NCBI GenBank assembly: GCA_047495785.1
Contig: JBLDXI010000033.1
Coordinates: 992,001-1,056,000 of the forward strand
DNA length: 64,000 bases
DNA from: Lepidodermella squamata
Taxonomy: Eukaryota; Animalia; Gastrotricha
Direction: 5' to 3'
Positions 13,226-27,655 of this stretch are shown here, in pieces. How positions within the stretch are numbered: position 1 is the stretch's first letter; every line of letters starts with the position of its first letter. The notes under the pieces are model-generated. The model worked only from the letters and a program-made list of their open reading frames with translations. It made no database searches and was not told the DNA's origin. The translations under genes and the position numbers were made by a program.

Positions 13226-15135
13226 CTAAAATTCGGCATAATACGATTGCGTAACGTTATCTGGTGGCGGCTCAGGTATCTGCGGCGCCGCTGTAGCCGT
13301 CAGTTGCAAGTAAGCCAGCAAAGGATAAACAAATGAAATCAAAGTAGCGGCTAAAAAGCCAAGCCAGTTAATAACGGCTGCCAAAAGAGTTGCTTTTCGC
13401 AATTTTCGCCTCTGTTCCGCTCGTTCGCGATGAATCGTCCGCCGACGCAACGACGTCGCAGTTTTCCGGTCCAATTTCGAGGTCATGTTGGTGTTAGCTT
13501 GCAGCTTCGTAGCCGCAGTTGCAAGTTCTTGAACGCTCATAGTCATGTCCGATGCCTCGGGCGATTCAAGCCCTGGCGATAGGTCGTTCAACTTCGGAAC
13601 TTGCAGCGTTAGGGGCCTTTGCGGGCTGACTAATAGTTTGGGACGCGCAGCCGGAGTGCCCGGTTTCTCGCCTCGGCGAAAGATTGCAACGAAGCCCCAC
13701 ATTGGTAGACCGTCATCAGGGTCGACCAGCTCAATTGTCAACACGCAAATGGAAACACTGATGACAGAAAGGCCTAGTTGAAGGTTAAGGTAGTTTTGAA
13801 GCAGTGATTCATCAGAGCTTCGAGGTAGAGTGTCTGCAAGTTGTCCTTGAAAGAAAAATGCAGTCAGCAACACGACCGTGGCTTGAGGAACCTGAGTTGG
13901 AAAATTCAATTTATAAAAATTAATTAATGAATTAACATTTAACATTTTTAAAATTTTGATTGTTCTAAATTTCAGTTTCAATTTTAAAATTTTAAATGTA
14001 ATTTAAATATTCCGAAAAATTGCAATCAAAATAAACGAACTCTATCGATGTACTTGATCGGCATCAGGAACGTAAGGACTTGAAGTATTGATAGCAAAAC
14101 AAGTGGAATCAAGTAGGTTCGTTGGAAATAATCTGGAAAAAACGAGATAATGACATGTTTTGCATTGATGACTCATCATACCTGGTTTCCGCTTCATTAT
14201 AAAATAAAAATGAATCCGGCTGAAACCGGTTTTACGACCAGTTTTGTATACAGCAGCGAAACCATTGGCATCTATAAAATTTTTAAATAAAATCCTTAAA
14301 ATGAAAAAACAGGTAAAGACCTATCAAAGTCCACATAGGATTTTCGGCATACATCCCTAGCGCCACCGGGTTCGGTTTATCAGAACGAATTTGTAACATC
14401 ATTTCAGCTGATGTGTAAACAACCGATTCGACTACAATCGAACATTTCCTTGAGAAAAAAAGCATATCAAGTCTAATTATTTTCTACTAAAAGGGCTTAC
14501 TGATAATCAAAAGGGTAGTACTTGAGGTCTAATAAGCACCGCGTTTGAAATTTCCCGCTCGGATGGAACCAAACTCGACCTTCAAATGTGACCCGAAATC
14601 GAAAGTCGTTGTTATGAATCAAGCTGATCAAGTCATCAACACTATTCGCGATTTGCAAATCAGGCGACCAAATTTGATCCGGAGCAATGATAACCTCCTT
14701 AATACCGCCGTAGACTGCAGGGTCCCATCTCAAGGCTGAATCGTTCCATCCTAACTGAAGTCGAGCTGTTGTAACGAAAGTCTCGTGGTTTTCGATTATT
14801 TCCTGAATCCGAATCAGATACATGCGGCAGTCGACGATAAACGGGCACGGGCTGTTGCTTGTTGGAGGTGTTGTAGTCGTTATGTTGGGGTTATTCATTT
14901 CTGGGCAGTGAGATTTCGGAATTAACCGCTTGCTATAGCCGCTGTTAGCGCCCATCAGCGCCTCCATTAGCAAAGCAACCTCACGCTGTTTGGTTAGGGT
15001 GAGCAATCGCGGCACATAAGACGGGGCTCGTTCTTCGCTGAAATCATCGAAATGGCATCGAATACCCGTTAAAATGATTAGCAAATGAACAGCAATAAAA
15101 TGCCACACTAGCGATAACAAGGATGATGAGTTCAT
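13226..15135 (-). CDS. Divergent Cys-loop pLGIC subunit #6
   Basis: Probable start MNSSSLLSLVWHF at 15135 (alternative ATG at 15159); IWSPDLQIANS, Cys-loop CLLDLKYYPFDYQ|KC, longest M3-M4 loop of the array, tail NVTQSYYAEF; 4 introns. Confidence 0.9.
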
Positions 15136-15654
15136 TTTTTTATTATTATCTAAATTCATTTCTGCGCACTGCTTTATAAGAACAAGTAAAAGAGCGCGAG
15201 TTAATCCCTCTCGTTCTGTATTTTTGCGATCGATCTTATGAGCGCGGCTTTTACACATATTTCCGTCCTTACAATCAATCTTAAAATATTTAACTAATTT
15301 TCGAGTTAAATGCCTCGATTTATTGCTGCAGTGATTTATCGACGTAAATTTCCTGCTATTTCTTCGCGGAAGCAGGATGTTCACATTTTGGCCCATTGAA
15401 ATTTCCTTTATTCATGAAATGAATGAAAATGACATATTACTGTTTATATATAAATTGAAATGAGGGGAAAATGCTTTTACAGATATTCGTTAATTTTATT
15501 ATATCAATAAAAGAAAAACGTCTGGAAACGTTTTTTTCGCCACAAATGCCGCTAATTGCATTGAATTCGATTTTTTCCTTATTCCCACCTCGATCCTGTA
15601 ACGTCAGTTTTTTGCGATGTTTTTGCCAAAGTGAGGAATTTCTGATTTCTCGAT

Positions 15655-17397
15655 ATGAAATATTTTTGTGTCCTAATCTGGGTTTTACTGTTTCGATTCC
15701 AATCTCTTGCAGCTGACGGCGATGATTTCGAAGATTTGGAAGATGAGGATCGTGATGAGAAGCGGGTCGAGGTGAATCTCGTCGGTCCCCAGCCAATAAG
15801 ATCATTACCCCAGCAGCAGCAGCAGGCTAGCAATGATCGCGGGAAACTCGAGCACGAGGCGATTTCAGCGCTTTTGTACAAACTTATCGGCCCGCGAAGC
15901 AGCTACAACCGAACAGTTATCCCGCCATCGCAGGATTGCCCTGACGATCGGTTCAAGCCATGCCCTTTCCGCATCTATTGCCGCCTGTTTCTCATAAGAA
16001 TTCAAGAAATTCATGAAAACAGCGAAACAATGGTTTCAACAGCCCGACTTCAATTGGTAAAATATTTCATATTAAATTTTTCGGATTTTCAGTGTTTATT
16101 CAGGGTTGGAATGACTCAGCTTTAAGGTGGAACCCTGAAGAATACAACGGCGTGAAAAGCATTATAATTCCACCTCGGCTGATTTGGGCACCCGATTTGC
16201 AAATGGCAAATAGCGTCGATCATGAAATGAACATCTTACACCATGCCGGCAGCGCGAGTTATCGCGTCAACTACCTAGGCCAAGTCTGGTTTTACCCGAC
16301 GGGAAAATTTACAACACGATGCACGCTCTACTTGAAATTTTACCCGTTTGATTACCAGTAAGACTGAATTTAGGTCATTGTATTGGAATTTATTTGAGCT
16401 CAATTAGGCGATGTGGCATAATTGTAGAGTCTTCAGCTTACACATCGAACGAGTTGATTACAATAATCCGACCAGACAGAAAAGACCCGGTCACCTTGGG
16501 AATGTACACAGAAAATCCGATGTGGTCATTGATCGGTGAGCTAAATTTAACGTATTTTCAAAGCAATAATTTATTTTTTCAAAAGAATCGACTGGATTTT
16601 CGAGTTTTTACAAGACAAGCCAGACTACAGCATTCAGTCGAATTCATTTTTGGATGATCGTAAAAAGAAAACCAGGTAATAACCAATGACGAGACATTTT
16701 TACTGTTCGAATACCTGTATTAATTTCAGATTATTTTCAACGAACTTGCCTTCTTCCAATCACCTTTCTATCCATTCTTCAGGTCAATAAAATTTTGAAA
16801 TTTATTTGATTTTTTTTTTATAATTTTTACCGATTTTCCCGATTTCTTCGCTTGCAGGTCTTGACCTATTTAACGCCAATGAAATTTATCGACCGAGTTC
16901 CACAAGCGACTGTAGTGCTGCTAACCGCCTTTTTTCTTCAAGGGTACTTGTCCGAACAGCTTCCTCGAACCGCGGCCGAATGCTACGTCCAAACCTACTT
17001 GAGCATGGTCATAGCCCTATCCGTCGTGACAATATCTCTCTGTACGATCACCATCGTATTAGTGGACCCTGATGACGAACTTCACTACTGGGGGCTGAGT
17101 ATTCTATACCGAAAACTACGGCATAACCGAATGTTCGCGAAAAGACGCCTGGCACCTAGGGCTCTGCCTGAAAGTTTTGACGAAGATTACAACCAGTTGC
17201 ATTATCGGCCGACGCGTAAGATCAAGAAGAACACGTTGATAGCGGCGGCTGTTAATTGGTTCGGATTTTTCATTTGCACGATCGTGTCCGTGGCCTACCC
17301 GCTGTTCGCTTTTGTCATTTTGGTGGCTGATAAACCGCCTCCTATGCCGAGACCACCGACTGGGAACGTATCGTATTCCTACTACGCCGAAGTTTGA
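15655..17397 (+). CDS. Divergent Cys-loop pLGIC subunit #7
   Basis: Signal peptide, acidic/poly-Q N-terminus, IWAPDLQMANS, Cys-loop CTLYLKFYPFDYQ|RC, M1-M4, tail NVSYSYYAEV; 5 introns. Confidence 0.92.
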
Positions 17398-18733
17398 ACG
17401 AAAACATGATTCGCTTCTATTGTTAATCGATTAAATAATCAGCTATGTATCAGTAAAATCGCATGAAATCGAATTTTTATAAATTTAGCTTCGAATTCGA
17501 CCCGACGCGTGGCTAAATGGATGGAGCATAATCGGAATTCGGGCTTTTTGTCAAATAAAAAAATTGAGAGTCGGCTTTTCAATATAGGGTAATTCCTTAT
17601 ACTATTATAAATTAATCGATAAATTAATTATTCTTTTATACATTAATTATCAAAAATTCTTTATAATTATAGGAATAAAATAATTAATTTGGGCAGTTCA
17701 AAACGAAAAATTATCGCGTTCCAGCTTTATCAGGTCCTTTAAATCCTTACCTTGGACCAAGTTGACCTCAAAGGAAAATCGACCGAGTGTGTGAGAGAAA
17801 TAAAATTGAAAGTGTGGGGGTAATTACCAATTAATAATGCTTGAAATAAGAATTCTTCAGCGCTAACTTTTGAAGCTCAGCAACGCGTATAAATATTGGA
17901 ATTTTTTATCGTTCATTGATCTTAAATTTGATCAAATCTGACTTTTAAGGAAGCGCGCTGAAAACGATAGCTCCTTCACTAAGGAAAAACTGCGCATAAC
18001 GTAAATAATTGTTGAGTACGAGAAAAATATTGAGGTGGATATCGATAAAAAGTATCGCATCGATTTGCAAACGGACTTTGGCGGCCACTCACTCAATCCC
18101 TGGCTCAACTTTTCATCATTTAGTCCTGTAGATACGATGTGTTGATAGATTTAGTCCAAATTCGGGGGAGAAGGATGAAGAGTAAGCCAACCGCAGTGAC
18201 CATAAACATTACAGCTGCGAGTGCCCGCAATGTTGATACACCGACAAAAAAATCATTTTGTTTTCTCTCGATATATAAAATAGGTGAAAAAATTAGAACA
18301 ACCTCAACTACCGAGAATAACATGATTTAGCAAGCATTTTTACAAGGTGTAAACAGCGCGAAAAAAAGCGCGATTGTTTTCGCAACACATCGCGCTCATC
18401 GCGCCCATCAGCATTGCGTTTCCTTCAATCTCTACGCACCCTCTATTGATTGTATTACATTCGCATTCGCACGTCCTTTAAACATCATTAGGGCGTCGGT
18501 TCCATATCATCACGTTCTAATAATAGAGTTGCGATTTGTAAATTTATACGAATCGGCATGCCAGCAGGCCGTACAACAGTAGTAGCAGTCGGTACATCTT
18601 TACACTAAGGAATCAACCTATAAATAATCTGCAATTTTTTTAACATACTATAAATCCGCTCATGGAAACGCATCCAGTGCATCAATTTTTTCTGCAATAA
18701 GCACCGGCTTGGTTAACAACAAGACGACTAGGG

Positions 18734-20397
18734 ATGAAATGCCTCGCGGTCATTTTACTTGCAACTTTGGTGTCAGGCGACGAAACGGTTGAAAATGCTG
18801 GCGCTACGGCTCAACACCGCCACATGTCGGCGCTGCTCGACGACCTGCTTGGGCCATCGAGCAGGTACAACAAAACAGTTTTGCCAGCAGTTCGTTGCCC
18901 GGCTGGGAAGAAGGCTTGCCCTTTCGTCGTTTACCTTCGACTTTTTCTCATTCGAGTTCAGGAAATTATCGAAAATCAGGAGACTCTAGTCACAACGGCT
19001 AGAGTGCAAATGGTGTTTTTTTTTCATAATTATAAACAACCGCTAATTAACGAATTTTTCCAGGGCTGGAACGACTCTGCACTCAAATGGGATCCAGCGA
19101 AATACGGTGGTATAAAAGCCATGCTTGTTCCGCCTGAGAGAATCTGGCGGCCTGACCTACAAATGGCTAATAGCGTTGATGACATGTTCGCACTCATGCA
19201 TGGCAGTGATTTTGGGTTCAGGGTGTCCTACGACGGCCAAGTCTGGTACCACCCGACTGGAAAATTTCAAACTCGATGCGCATTGGATCTACAATTCTAC
19301 CCCTTCGATTACCAGTAAATTAATTTTAAGGAGGATTTGTTTAAAATTAAATTTTAATTTTTTAGACGCTGTGCAATGGTTATTGAATCAGTGACTTACA
19401 CATCTAAAGAGATGCTGCTCAGAATTCGACCCGATAAGCCGGATCCAGTGACGTTAGGCATGTATGCTGAGAATAATATGTGGAATTTAATTGGTGAGTT
19501 GAATAATCCCCGTTTTTTTCATCCTGCATTGAAAAAAATAACTTTGAATCATGCAAGACACTGACGGCTATCCGACCCTGTACAAAACCGGAGCTAACAC
19601 TGGCTTCAGCCGAATCCATTTTTGGATGATTCTGAAGCGTAAACCAGGTACAGTTGCACCTTCAGTAATGCTAAGTTAGTAAACTACTAATCCATTAAAT
19701 TTCAGATCATTTCATCCGAACTTTTATCGTACCAACAGTCCTAATATCGATACTTCAATTACTGACCTACCTCACGCCGATGAAGTTCATCGACCGCGTG
19801 CCCCAGGCCACTGTCGTCCTAATGACCGCCTTCTTCTTACAAGGCTACATAGCCGAGCAGTTGCCTGAAACTTCGTCCGAATCCTACGTTCATTCTTACA
19901 TCAATTTGGTTATCTCGCTATCTGTCCTTACTGTATCGATATGTACCGTGACGTGTACGCTGGTCGATCCTGACGACGGGCTGCCTCTTTGGGGGTTGTT
20001 GCATCTCATCGATATTCCGAGGCTCAACCCATTGCGAAAGCCAGAACCGCCGTCTAAGCCGTTACGTGACAGTTCTGTCATGAATGAGGACGATTTCCAA
20101 TACATTTGCGCGAGTATCAATACGCGGTTCCAACTCGAGCAAAGTCAGGTCGAGGAGGCGAATAAGTTGAAAAAGGAGGCGAAGGAACAGATACGGAAGC
20201 AGCAGAATAAGCTGAAAAAGCCGAGTCAGTGGGTTGTAATAGCGGCGATTCTCAACTGGCTCGGATTTCTAGTTTGCGCCATCATTTCACTCGCTTATCC
20301 AGTGCTTGCTTTCAAGGTTTTGGTGCCGAAAGAGCCGCCACCCATGCCGCCGCCGCCGAAGGGTAACATGACAACGTCGTACTATGCTGAACTATGA
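18734..20397 (+). CDS. Divergent Cys-loop pLGIC subunit #8
   Basis: Signal peptide, IWRPDLQMANS, Cys-loop CALDLQFYPFDYQ|RC, M1-M4, tail NMTTSYYAEL; 4 introns. Confidence 0.92.
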
Positions 20398-21944
20398 AAA
20401 ATTACCGTGCTGCTATTTTACCTCATAATTTCGTGAGTTCAGGGAATGTTCAACTGGTGTGATTCGTGTTGATAATTCAGAACAAAAAATAAAAGGAGAA
20501 AATGGCTGAGGGTGGAGTTGATTTGTCAAGAACCCGGGCGCTATACAGGTGTGGCGATAAAGTTAATCCGATAAGGATCGCTAATACCTACTTGCTAATA
20601 ACTCTATATTTACAATGAGGACGAGGAAACGGAATAGTTATGTCGGTCATTTTTGGAAAAGCGTTGTGGAAAATGCCGGCAATGGCCCACCCCGTCTTTC
20701 CCCAATTTAACCCGTTCATGGCCGAGTTATGGTTTTGTAAGATATTTACCTGCAAATATTGAGCATATCCAGCAATTCGAATAAGGCTTTTTAGCGGAAG
20801 CTAAAATTTTACCCTGAGTCTGGAGTTAGTAAGTCTAGCTGATTTCAGTTTCATTATTTGATTGCTATGTACCAAAAGCTCTTTCCTATTTATGCTACCT
20901 TTAAATAAAAATCCGACCAAAAAACTATTGGTTGTATATTTTTCAAATTTTTTTCTCAATTCCCGATTTAAATCCTACATTAAAAGGCATAAACGAGGAT
21001 TTTTAGCAATTTTAAGGAATTTAGCAAGACGAAATCATGAAAAATCAATTTTAGTCAGAAATTTTCAGTTCCAGTGCCCTTCGTCCCTGCTACAAAATCA
21101 CGGGCTCCAATAAAAATGAGAAATTACGGAGGCAGTCGGGCACTCATGAAAACACAATACACGCCTAATGAACTTTGACTTAAACGATGCCTCTGTAAGT
21201 GATAGTCTTAGAATGACTATGCCACCTACAGAGCTGTGAAAAAGCCATACGCTTACACCTGTAGGTGTGGCCTTTCGCCGAATAATTCCATTATAATTGC
21301 TCACACCAGTATGTGCTCTTTTATCAAGCGTGCATGCTGAGCCTTATGACTTTGATTATTAGGATATCATAGGAAATCCAACTAAAAGCGCATTGATTCA
21401 GATTTCTCAAAAAAACTCGGAATGTTTCGGAATTACCTACCGTAAATACCGAATTGTGAGCCATTATCTTCTATTTTTTTCGACCGATCGGCAACCCCGG
21501 CACTGAGATGAAGATGTCTGCATTCTATTCCGGTTCTACCTTATAATTACTTATTATTGAAAAACGTAACTCTGGCAGAAAAAATAAGCAAAATCGGAAC
21601 GCCTATTGGTTTTACTGGGTGCTCATACTCTTTTCCACTTTTCCCGTCTGAAATCCCGCCTACTGGGGATATTGATAAAACGTACCTGCCCTCTATTCCC
21701 CTCTATTCTGCCCTATAATTTTTCGAATGTCCTGAAACATTATTCAGTTTCTGCCCTGACTCATATTTCGGTATTTTTACGGTATTTTAATCTGAATACG
21801 GTATTTGAGTAAGACCTGTCATTAGATCATTGCAATAGCGTGCAAGCTTTGTTTCAATTAGTTCGTCATTCGAATAATTTCCGTGACCGATATTCGCCTC
21901 TGGTCGATTGCTGCGAAAAAAACGTTCGGACTCGGGTAAAAAGT

Positions 21945-22325
21945 TCGCTGTCAGCCATCGCTCATCACCTCCAGCGTGCGCGTTATAGAAAACCCGCAAT
22001 GCGCATGCGAAAAAAACAGCTAATAAAACCGCACCCTCATTGTAACATACGTAGTAATATCAGTTGCGTCAAGCATATTAGCTCGCATTAAACCATAAAT
22101 CTGTGGATGCTGCGTTCGCCGGACGCTAGGCGCACACGTTTACGCAACATTAACAAAAGTAAACATAAAACATCACGGCGATACAGCACTTTTTATACGA
22201 CTAGATTAGATACTATCTACCCATCTCTTACCTATATTTTCTCATGCAGCGCTCAACATCGATCTGTCAATTTTGAAACAATAAAGCCAGACAGCTGAGA
22301 TTGTCCAGAGCAACCTAGAATTTTA
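21945..22325 (+). promoter_or_regulatory. Conserved non-coding blocks upstream of pLGIC #9, shared with the region upstream of #10 (~25095-25500)
   Basis: Collinear blocks gctg..(c/g)gcc.tcgctcatcacc, aaaacagctaat, attagc.cgcattaaaccataaatc, gttta.gcaacattaacaa and atcgatctgtcaattt occur in both. Regulatory role is inferred. Confidence 0.45.
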
Positions 22326-22381
22326 TGACCTGCTCTCGCTGATAGACCAGTATATTATCTTTATGCTACTGAGTTGAAAAT

Positions 22382-24052
22382 ATGCTTCTGGTGGCTGTTT
22401 TTCTGGCTACAGTTGCGCTTCGGCAAACAGCTCTTGGCAGCGAAACTTCGCAATGGGCAGAGAACAGCTATGAAGAAGATTTCGAACGTTCCCGTGCGGA
22501 ACATCGTTACATGTCGGCTTTGCTCGAGGATCTCACAGGTCCCTCGAGTAAATATAACAAAACCGTCCTGCCAGCAGCCAGATGTCCACCTGGAAAGAAA
22601 GCTCCGTGTCCCTTCATTGTCTACCTACGACTTTTCCTAATTCGGGTTCAGGAAATGGTGGAAAATCAGGAGACATTGATAACAACAGCACGAGTTCAAT
22701 TGGTAAAACTTTTTCCTCTTTTTTTATTCCTCTTGAAACTATAAATTGAACTAGGGCTGGAACGATACTGCACTGAGATGGGACCCGAATAAATACGGCG
22801 GCATCAAGGCTATGATAGTGCCTCCTGAGCAGATCTGGGCTCCCGATTTGCAGGTGGCCAATAGCGTCGAAGATATGTTCAGTCTTATGCATGGCGGCGA
22901 TTTCGGCTTCAGGGTGACTCATACCGGCCAAGTTTGGTATCACCCTACTGGAAAATTTCAAACCCGATGCGCATTGGATCTACAATTCTACCCCTTCGAT
23001 TATCAGTAAGAAAGATTTCAACCATTTTCACTTTAATTTATTTCTGCCTTTTAGACGATGTGCCTTGGTTGTCGAGTCGGTTATTTACACGTCAAAAGAA
23101 ATGTTGCTCATGATCAGACCGGATAAACCGGACCCTGTATCTTTGGGTATGTACGCCGAGAATCACATGTGGCACCTTATCGGTAGGCTTTACATCATAA
23201 GATTGAATGAGTTTGAGTAACTTTTCCTTTTAGACACTGATGGTTATCCTGCCATGTACAAAACTGGAACAAATACTGGATTCAGTCGCATTCACTTCTG
23301 GATGATAGTTCAGCGAAAGCCTGGTAGATTTTTAAATATAAGAATAATGTCTCAAAACTGTTTCATTTTTCCACATTTTAGACCATTTTATCAGAACTTT
23401 CCTTGTGCCGACAATTCTTATTTCAATCCTTCAAGTTTTGACCTATCTTACGCCGATGAAATTCATTGATAGGGTGCCTCAAGCTACTGTCGTGCTCCTT
23501 ACTGCCTTTTTCCTCCAAGGATACGTTTCCGAACAGCTACCTGAAACTTCCTCTGAATCATACGTGCATTCTTATATCAACCTGGTGATTTCACTTTCCG
23601 TCGTCACGGTATCGATCTGCACGGTAACCGTCATGCTTGTTGACCCTGATGAGGGTCTGCCATTATGGGGCCTACTTCACGTAATTCGAGAGACGAAATT
23701 GACCGGAACATTGAAAGCTAGATCGGAAAGTCTAATGCTCAGCGATGACGATTTTCAATACATCGGCGCTAAGATCAACACGAAAATGCGACTAGAAGAG
23801 AGTCAAATCGATGAGGCTAACACGTTGAAGAAGCAAGCGAAAGAAATGATCAGGCGCCATAAAGCGACGAAACGCCCTAGTAAATGGGTCATTATTGCCG
23901 CAGTAATCAATTGGCTAGGCTTTGTCATCTGTGCTGTGGTTTCGACGCTATATCCACTATTTGCTTTTGTGTTTTTCGTTGCCAGTGAACCGCCACCTAT
24001 GCCTCCACCTCCAGTTGGAAACATGACCACATCGTACTATGCCGAAGTTTAG
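22382..24052 (+). CDS. Divergent Cys-loop pLGIC subunit #9
   Basis: Signal peptide, IWAPDLQVANS, Cys-loop CALDLQFYPFDYQ|RC, M1-M4, tail NMTTSYYAEV; 4 introns; close paralogue of #8 and #10. Confidence 0.93.
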
Positions 24053-25543
24053 CTATCGCAATAAAGTTTTTCAAATGCAATTGCAATCAAATCTGAATCT
24101 GTTTTATATCTCGTTTTGCAGCAGGTAAAGGCAGTCCTCGATTAACGCCGACATAGATATCGCAAACCCCGATAGGTCCTTAGCCTCGAAGATAGCTTCC
24201 TAGAAGATACCCACTTAGGACTTGTGTATATTCTTAAGATTCATCTTATTAAATTCGAATGAATCGATTCCAAAGAATCATTACTTCATGAATCTTTGTT
24301 TCAACTGAAATCAAGGCCATAAATTTATCCTCACTCGTCTGCCGCGAAACTAACATTTTATTATGCAAAAAGCGGAACGAAGGTTCAGGCATCAGAACAT
24401 TTTACTAAAGCGCTCAAGCTGAGAAAGTATACATTCAGACGTTGCTTTTGGGTATGCCAACTTCGAATCGGGAAATGAGGGCTCCTCCGAGATTAATCAT
24501 GCGCATTCATTTACCTCCCAGTATTGATGTGGCATTTTAGGTATGTGGTTACGTCATAATTCTTGAATAGGTTGGTGAGATTTTTATGAAATAAATCTAT
24601 GAAATCTGAATAGGCTTGTCTATTGCTCATTTATATATATCGATGGGCAATAATTGCTCAATATAGATTCCAAAATGGCGATTGGCCTTGGTTATGTGAA
24701 GGGATTAACTTATTCGATGCCTGTTTCTTCAATTGTGAAAAACTTTGCGCAACAAAAAAGGACAACTTTACGCTGTTCAAGAGCAGAATTAGCGATCGTA
24801 TCTCCAGCTAACCTATGCCGTTGTATCAGCTCCAGAAATCTGTTGTTCTTTCTCTTTATACGATGAGTCATGGGTTTTAGGCGCTACTATACTACGATCA
24901 TCAAAGGGATTAGCAGAAACCCGATTTACTTCTCACATCTCCGTAAAATACCTGAGAAAGGTTCCAAGTTGCGAATTATCTAATAACATTTATTGAGATG
25001 TGCAGGACAATCGAAACGTTCAACATCTGTTTTTCACAAGTTTGTAATGCATAAAATGATCGAAAAAACAATCAGTTTCAGGTATATAGCGTTAAGCTGT
25101 TGGCCGTCGCTCATCACCACTACGTGTTGGAAACTCGCCTGCACAGATCAGTATTTTTACCCCGCAAAACAGCTAATGAACCTCGCGCCCTCACTGCGCG
25201 TTTCCATGCATATAGTTCTTATTAGCGCGCATTAAACCATAAATCGGCATGCTTTTACGCCGGATGCGATCGCCGTTTATGCAACATTAACAAGCGTAAA
25301 CATTCAAAACACTCATCCGATATACCGATCATGATATCGAAACACTTTTTGTATGACTTGATTATATGTATATACCATCATCTATCTTTTTCCTACTTAT
25401 TTGCTCAACGCTCGCAGTATCGATCTGTCAATTTCGATACAATAAGAACAGGCAACATTAGACAGCCTATGAGAGGATGTCCAGAATGACCTAGTATTTT
25501 TGACTCGCCTTCTTTGAAATCAGCTTAGAAGAAGACTCCGAAA

Positions 25544-27350
25544 ATGTTGTTGCTAGTTATAGTTTTAGCTGCAGCTATTACGCTTCAGCCAACAGCTTCA
25601 GGCACCGAAATTTCACGATCCGCGGATGGCAGTCACGAATCGAGTGATTCTGAGATATATGATTCGGAACATCGCCACATGTCGGCTTTAATCGAAGACT
25701 TAACAGGGCCCACGAGTAAATACAACAAAACAGTGCTGCCCGCTACACGATGTCCACCAGGTCAAAAGCCGCCATGCCCTTTCATCGTCTATCTTCGGCT
25801 TTTCCTCATCCGAGTGCAGGAAATTGTAGAAAATCAGGAGACATTGATAACCACTGCGCGACTTCAATTGGTAAAAAACTGCAAACCTCAATTGCGTGAA
25901 TCTTTAAAATTGAAATAGGGCTGGAACGATACGGCATTGACATGGGACCCGGACAAATATGGCGGCATTAAGGCTATGATAGTGCCTCCTGAGCAGATCT
26001 GGGCTCCCGATTTGCAGGTGGCCAATAGCGTCGAAGATATGTTCAGCCTTATGCATGGTGGCGATTTCGGCTTCAGGGTGACTCATACCGGCCAAGTATG
26101 GTATCACCCTACAGGGAAATTTCAAACCCGATGCGCCTTGGACCTTGAGTATTATCCTTTCGACTACCAGTAAGGACATATTTCAAGTGTTTTATTAGGA
26201 AAATTGCGCAACTCAAAAGGAGCAAAGGCGATGGAGCTTTTTTAGCTTAGTTGCTCTAATGTCTTTGCCCTTTTGTCGCTGCGCAGTTTTCGCCGCGCAA
26301 ATTTAAGGTGGAATAACAATTATTTCTCATTCTCTTTTGCAGGAGATGCGCCTTGGTTGTAGAGTCTGTGATATACACCTCTAAAGAAATGCTGCTCATG
26401 ATCAGACCGGATAAGCCGGACCCTGTCTCCTTGGGTATGTACGCTGAGAATCACATGTGGCACCTTATCGGTGAGTTGGTCATTTAGACTTCGAATAAAT
26501 CGATAATCTAACTTGTTATTTTTAGACACGGATGGTTACCCTGCCATGTACAAAACAGGGTACAATACAGGGTTCAGCCGAATTCATTTCTGGATGATTC
26601 TCCAACGCAAGCCAGGTACTATTAGGATCCTTTCAGCTAATTTTATATTTCAACTTTTAAATTATTTTTTCAGACCACTTCATCCGAACTTTCCTTGTGC
26701 CGACGCTTTTAATTTCGATTCTTCAAGTATTGACCTACCTCACCCCGATGAAATTTATAGACCGAGTTCCTCAAGCTACCGTCGTGCTTTTGACAGCTTT
26801 TTTCCTCCAAGGATACATTTCAGAGCAGCTACCCGAAAATTCATCCGAGTCATACGTGAATGCTTACATCAACCTGGTGATATCACTTTCCGTCGTCACA
26901 GTGTCAATATGCTCGATTACAGTCGCGCTTGTTGACCCAGATGAGGGCCTGCCGCTATGGGGCCTGCTTCACCTTATTCGACAGACAAAATCGACGGGCA
27001 ATTTGAAAGCTCGATCAGACAGTTTAACGTTCTGCGATGACGATTTTCAATACATCGGCGCTAAAATCAATACGAAAATGCAACTGGAGCAAAGTCAAGT
27101 CGACGAGGCTAACACGCTGAAGAAGCAAGCGAAAGACGTTATTCGCCACCATCAGAATAAAGCGGCGAAACGCCCTAGTAAATGGGTCATTGTTGCCGCA
27201 GTTATCAATTGGCTGGGCTTTGTCATTTGTGCAGTGGTCTCGACGCTGTATCCACTGTTAGCTTTTGTGTTTTTCGTTGCCAGTGAACCGCCACCTATGC
27301 CTCCACCTCCGACTGGGAACATGACAACGTCCTACTATGCCGAAGTTTAG
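25544..27350 (+). CDS. Divergent Cys-loop pLGIC subunit #10
   Basis: Signal peptide, IWAPDLQVANS, Cys-loop CALDLEYYPFDYQ|RC, M1-M4, tail NMTTSYYAEV; 4 introns. Confidence 0.93.
26202..26288. repeat. Imperfect palindromic insertion in the Cys-loop intron of pLGIC #10
   Basis: aattgcgca..caaaaggagcaaaggcgatggagc pairs with gctctaatgtctttgcccttttg..tgcgcagtt; the equivalent intron of #9 is only ~50 nt. Confidence 0.55.
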
Positions 27351-27655
27351 GAAATTTAATATAGTTTTCAAATTCAATCACAATCGAATCCGAACCTAAG
27401 GACTGGAAATAAATTAACTATAATGTCAGGGATTTTTATCGCGGATATTATATTGCCTCAGCTTATCCTCATCGTTATTTTTAGCTTATTTTAATTAATA
27501 CAAAGTATCGATTTCAAACATGAGAAATAATGAAAATCAAACTTTGCATATACGAAAGTTCTCGGCGCAAATCGCAGACAGTGGTGCGCGTGTTTGCAAT
27601 TATAAGTTTCTGAATCTTTCCGAGACATTATTTTGAGTTTCCCTGAATTTGATCC

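Noticed and set aside
14497-15396. 299-aa ORF suggesting a long N-terminal extension of pLGIC #6 (similarly 29764 for #12)
   Set aside because: The ORF calls begin upstream of the signal peptide; the ATGs at 15135/15159 and 29884 match the paralogue architecture.
18120-18323. 67-aa ORF with two hydrophobic segments in the #7-#8 gap
   Set aside because: Short, with no recognisable family, paralogue or splice partner; could be chance or a decayed fragment.
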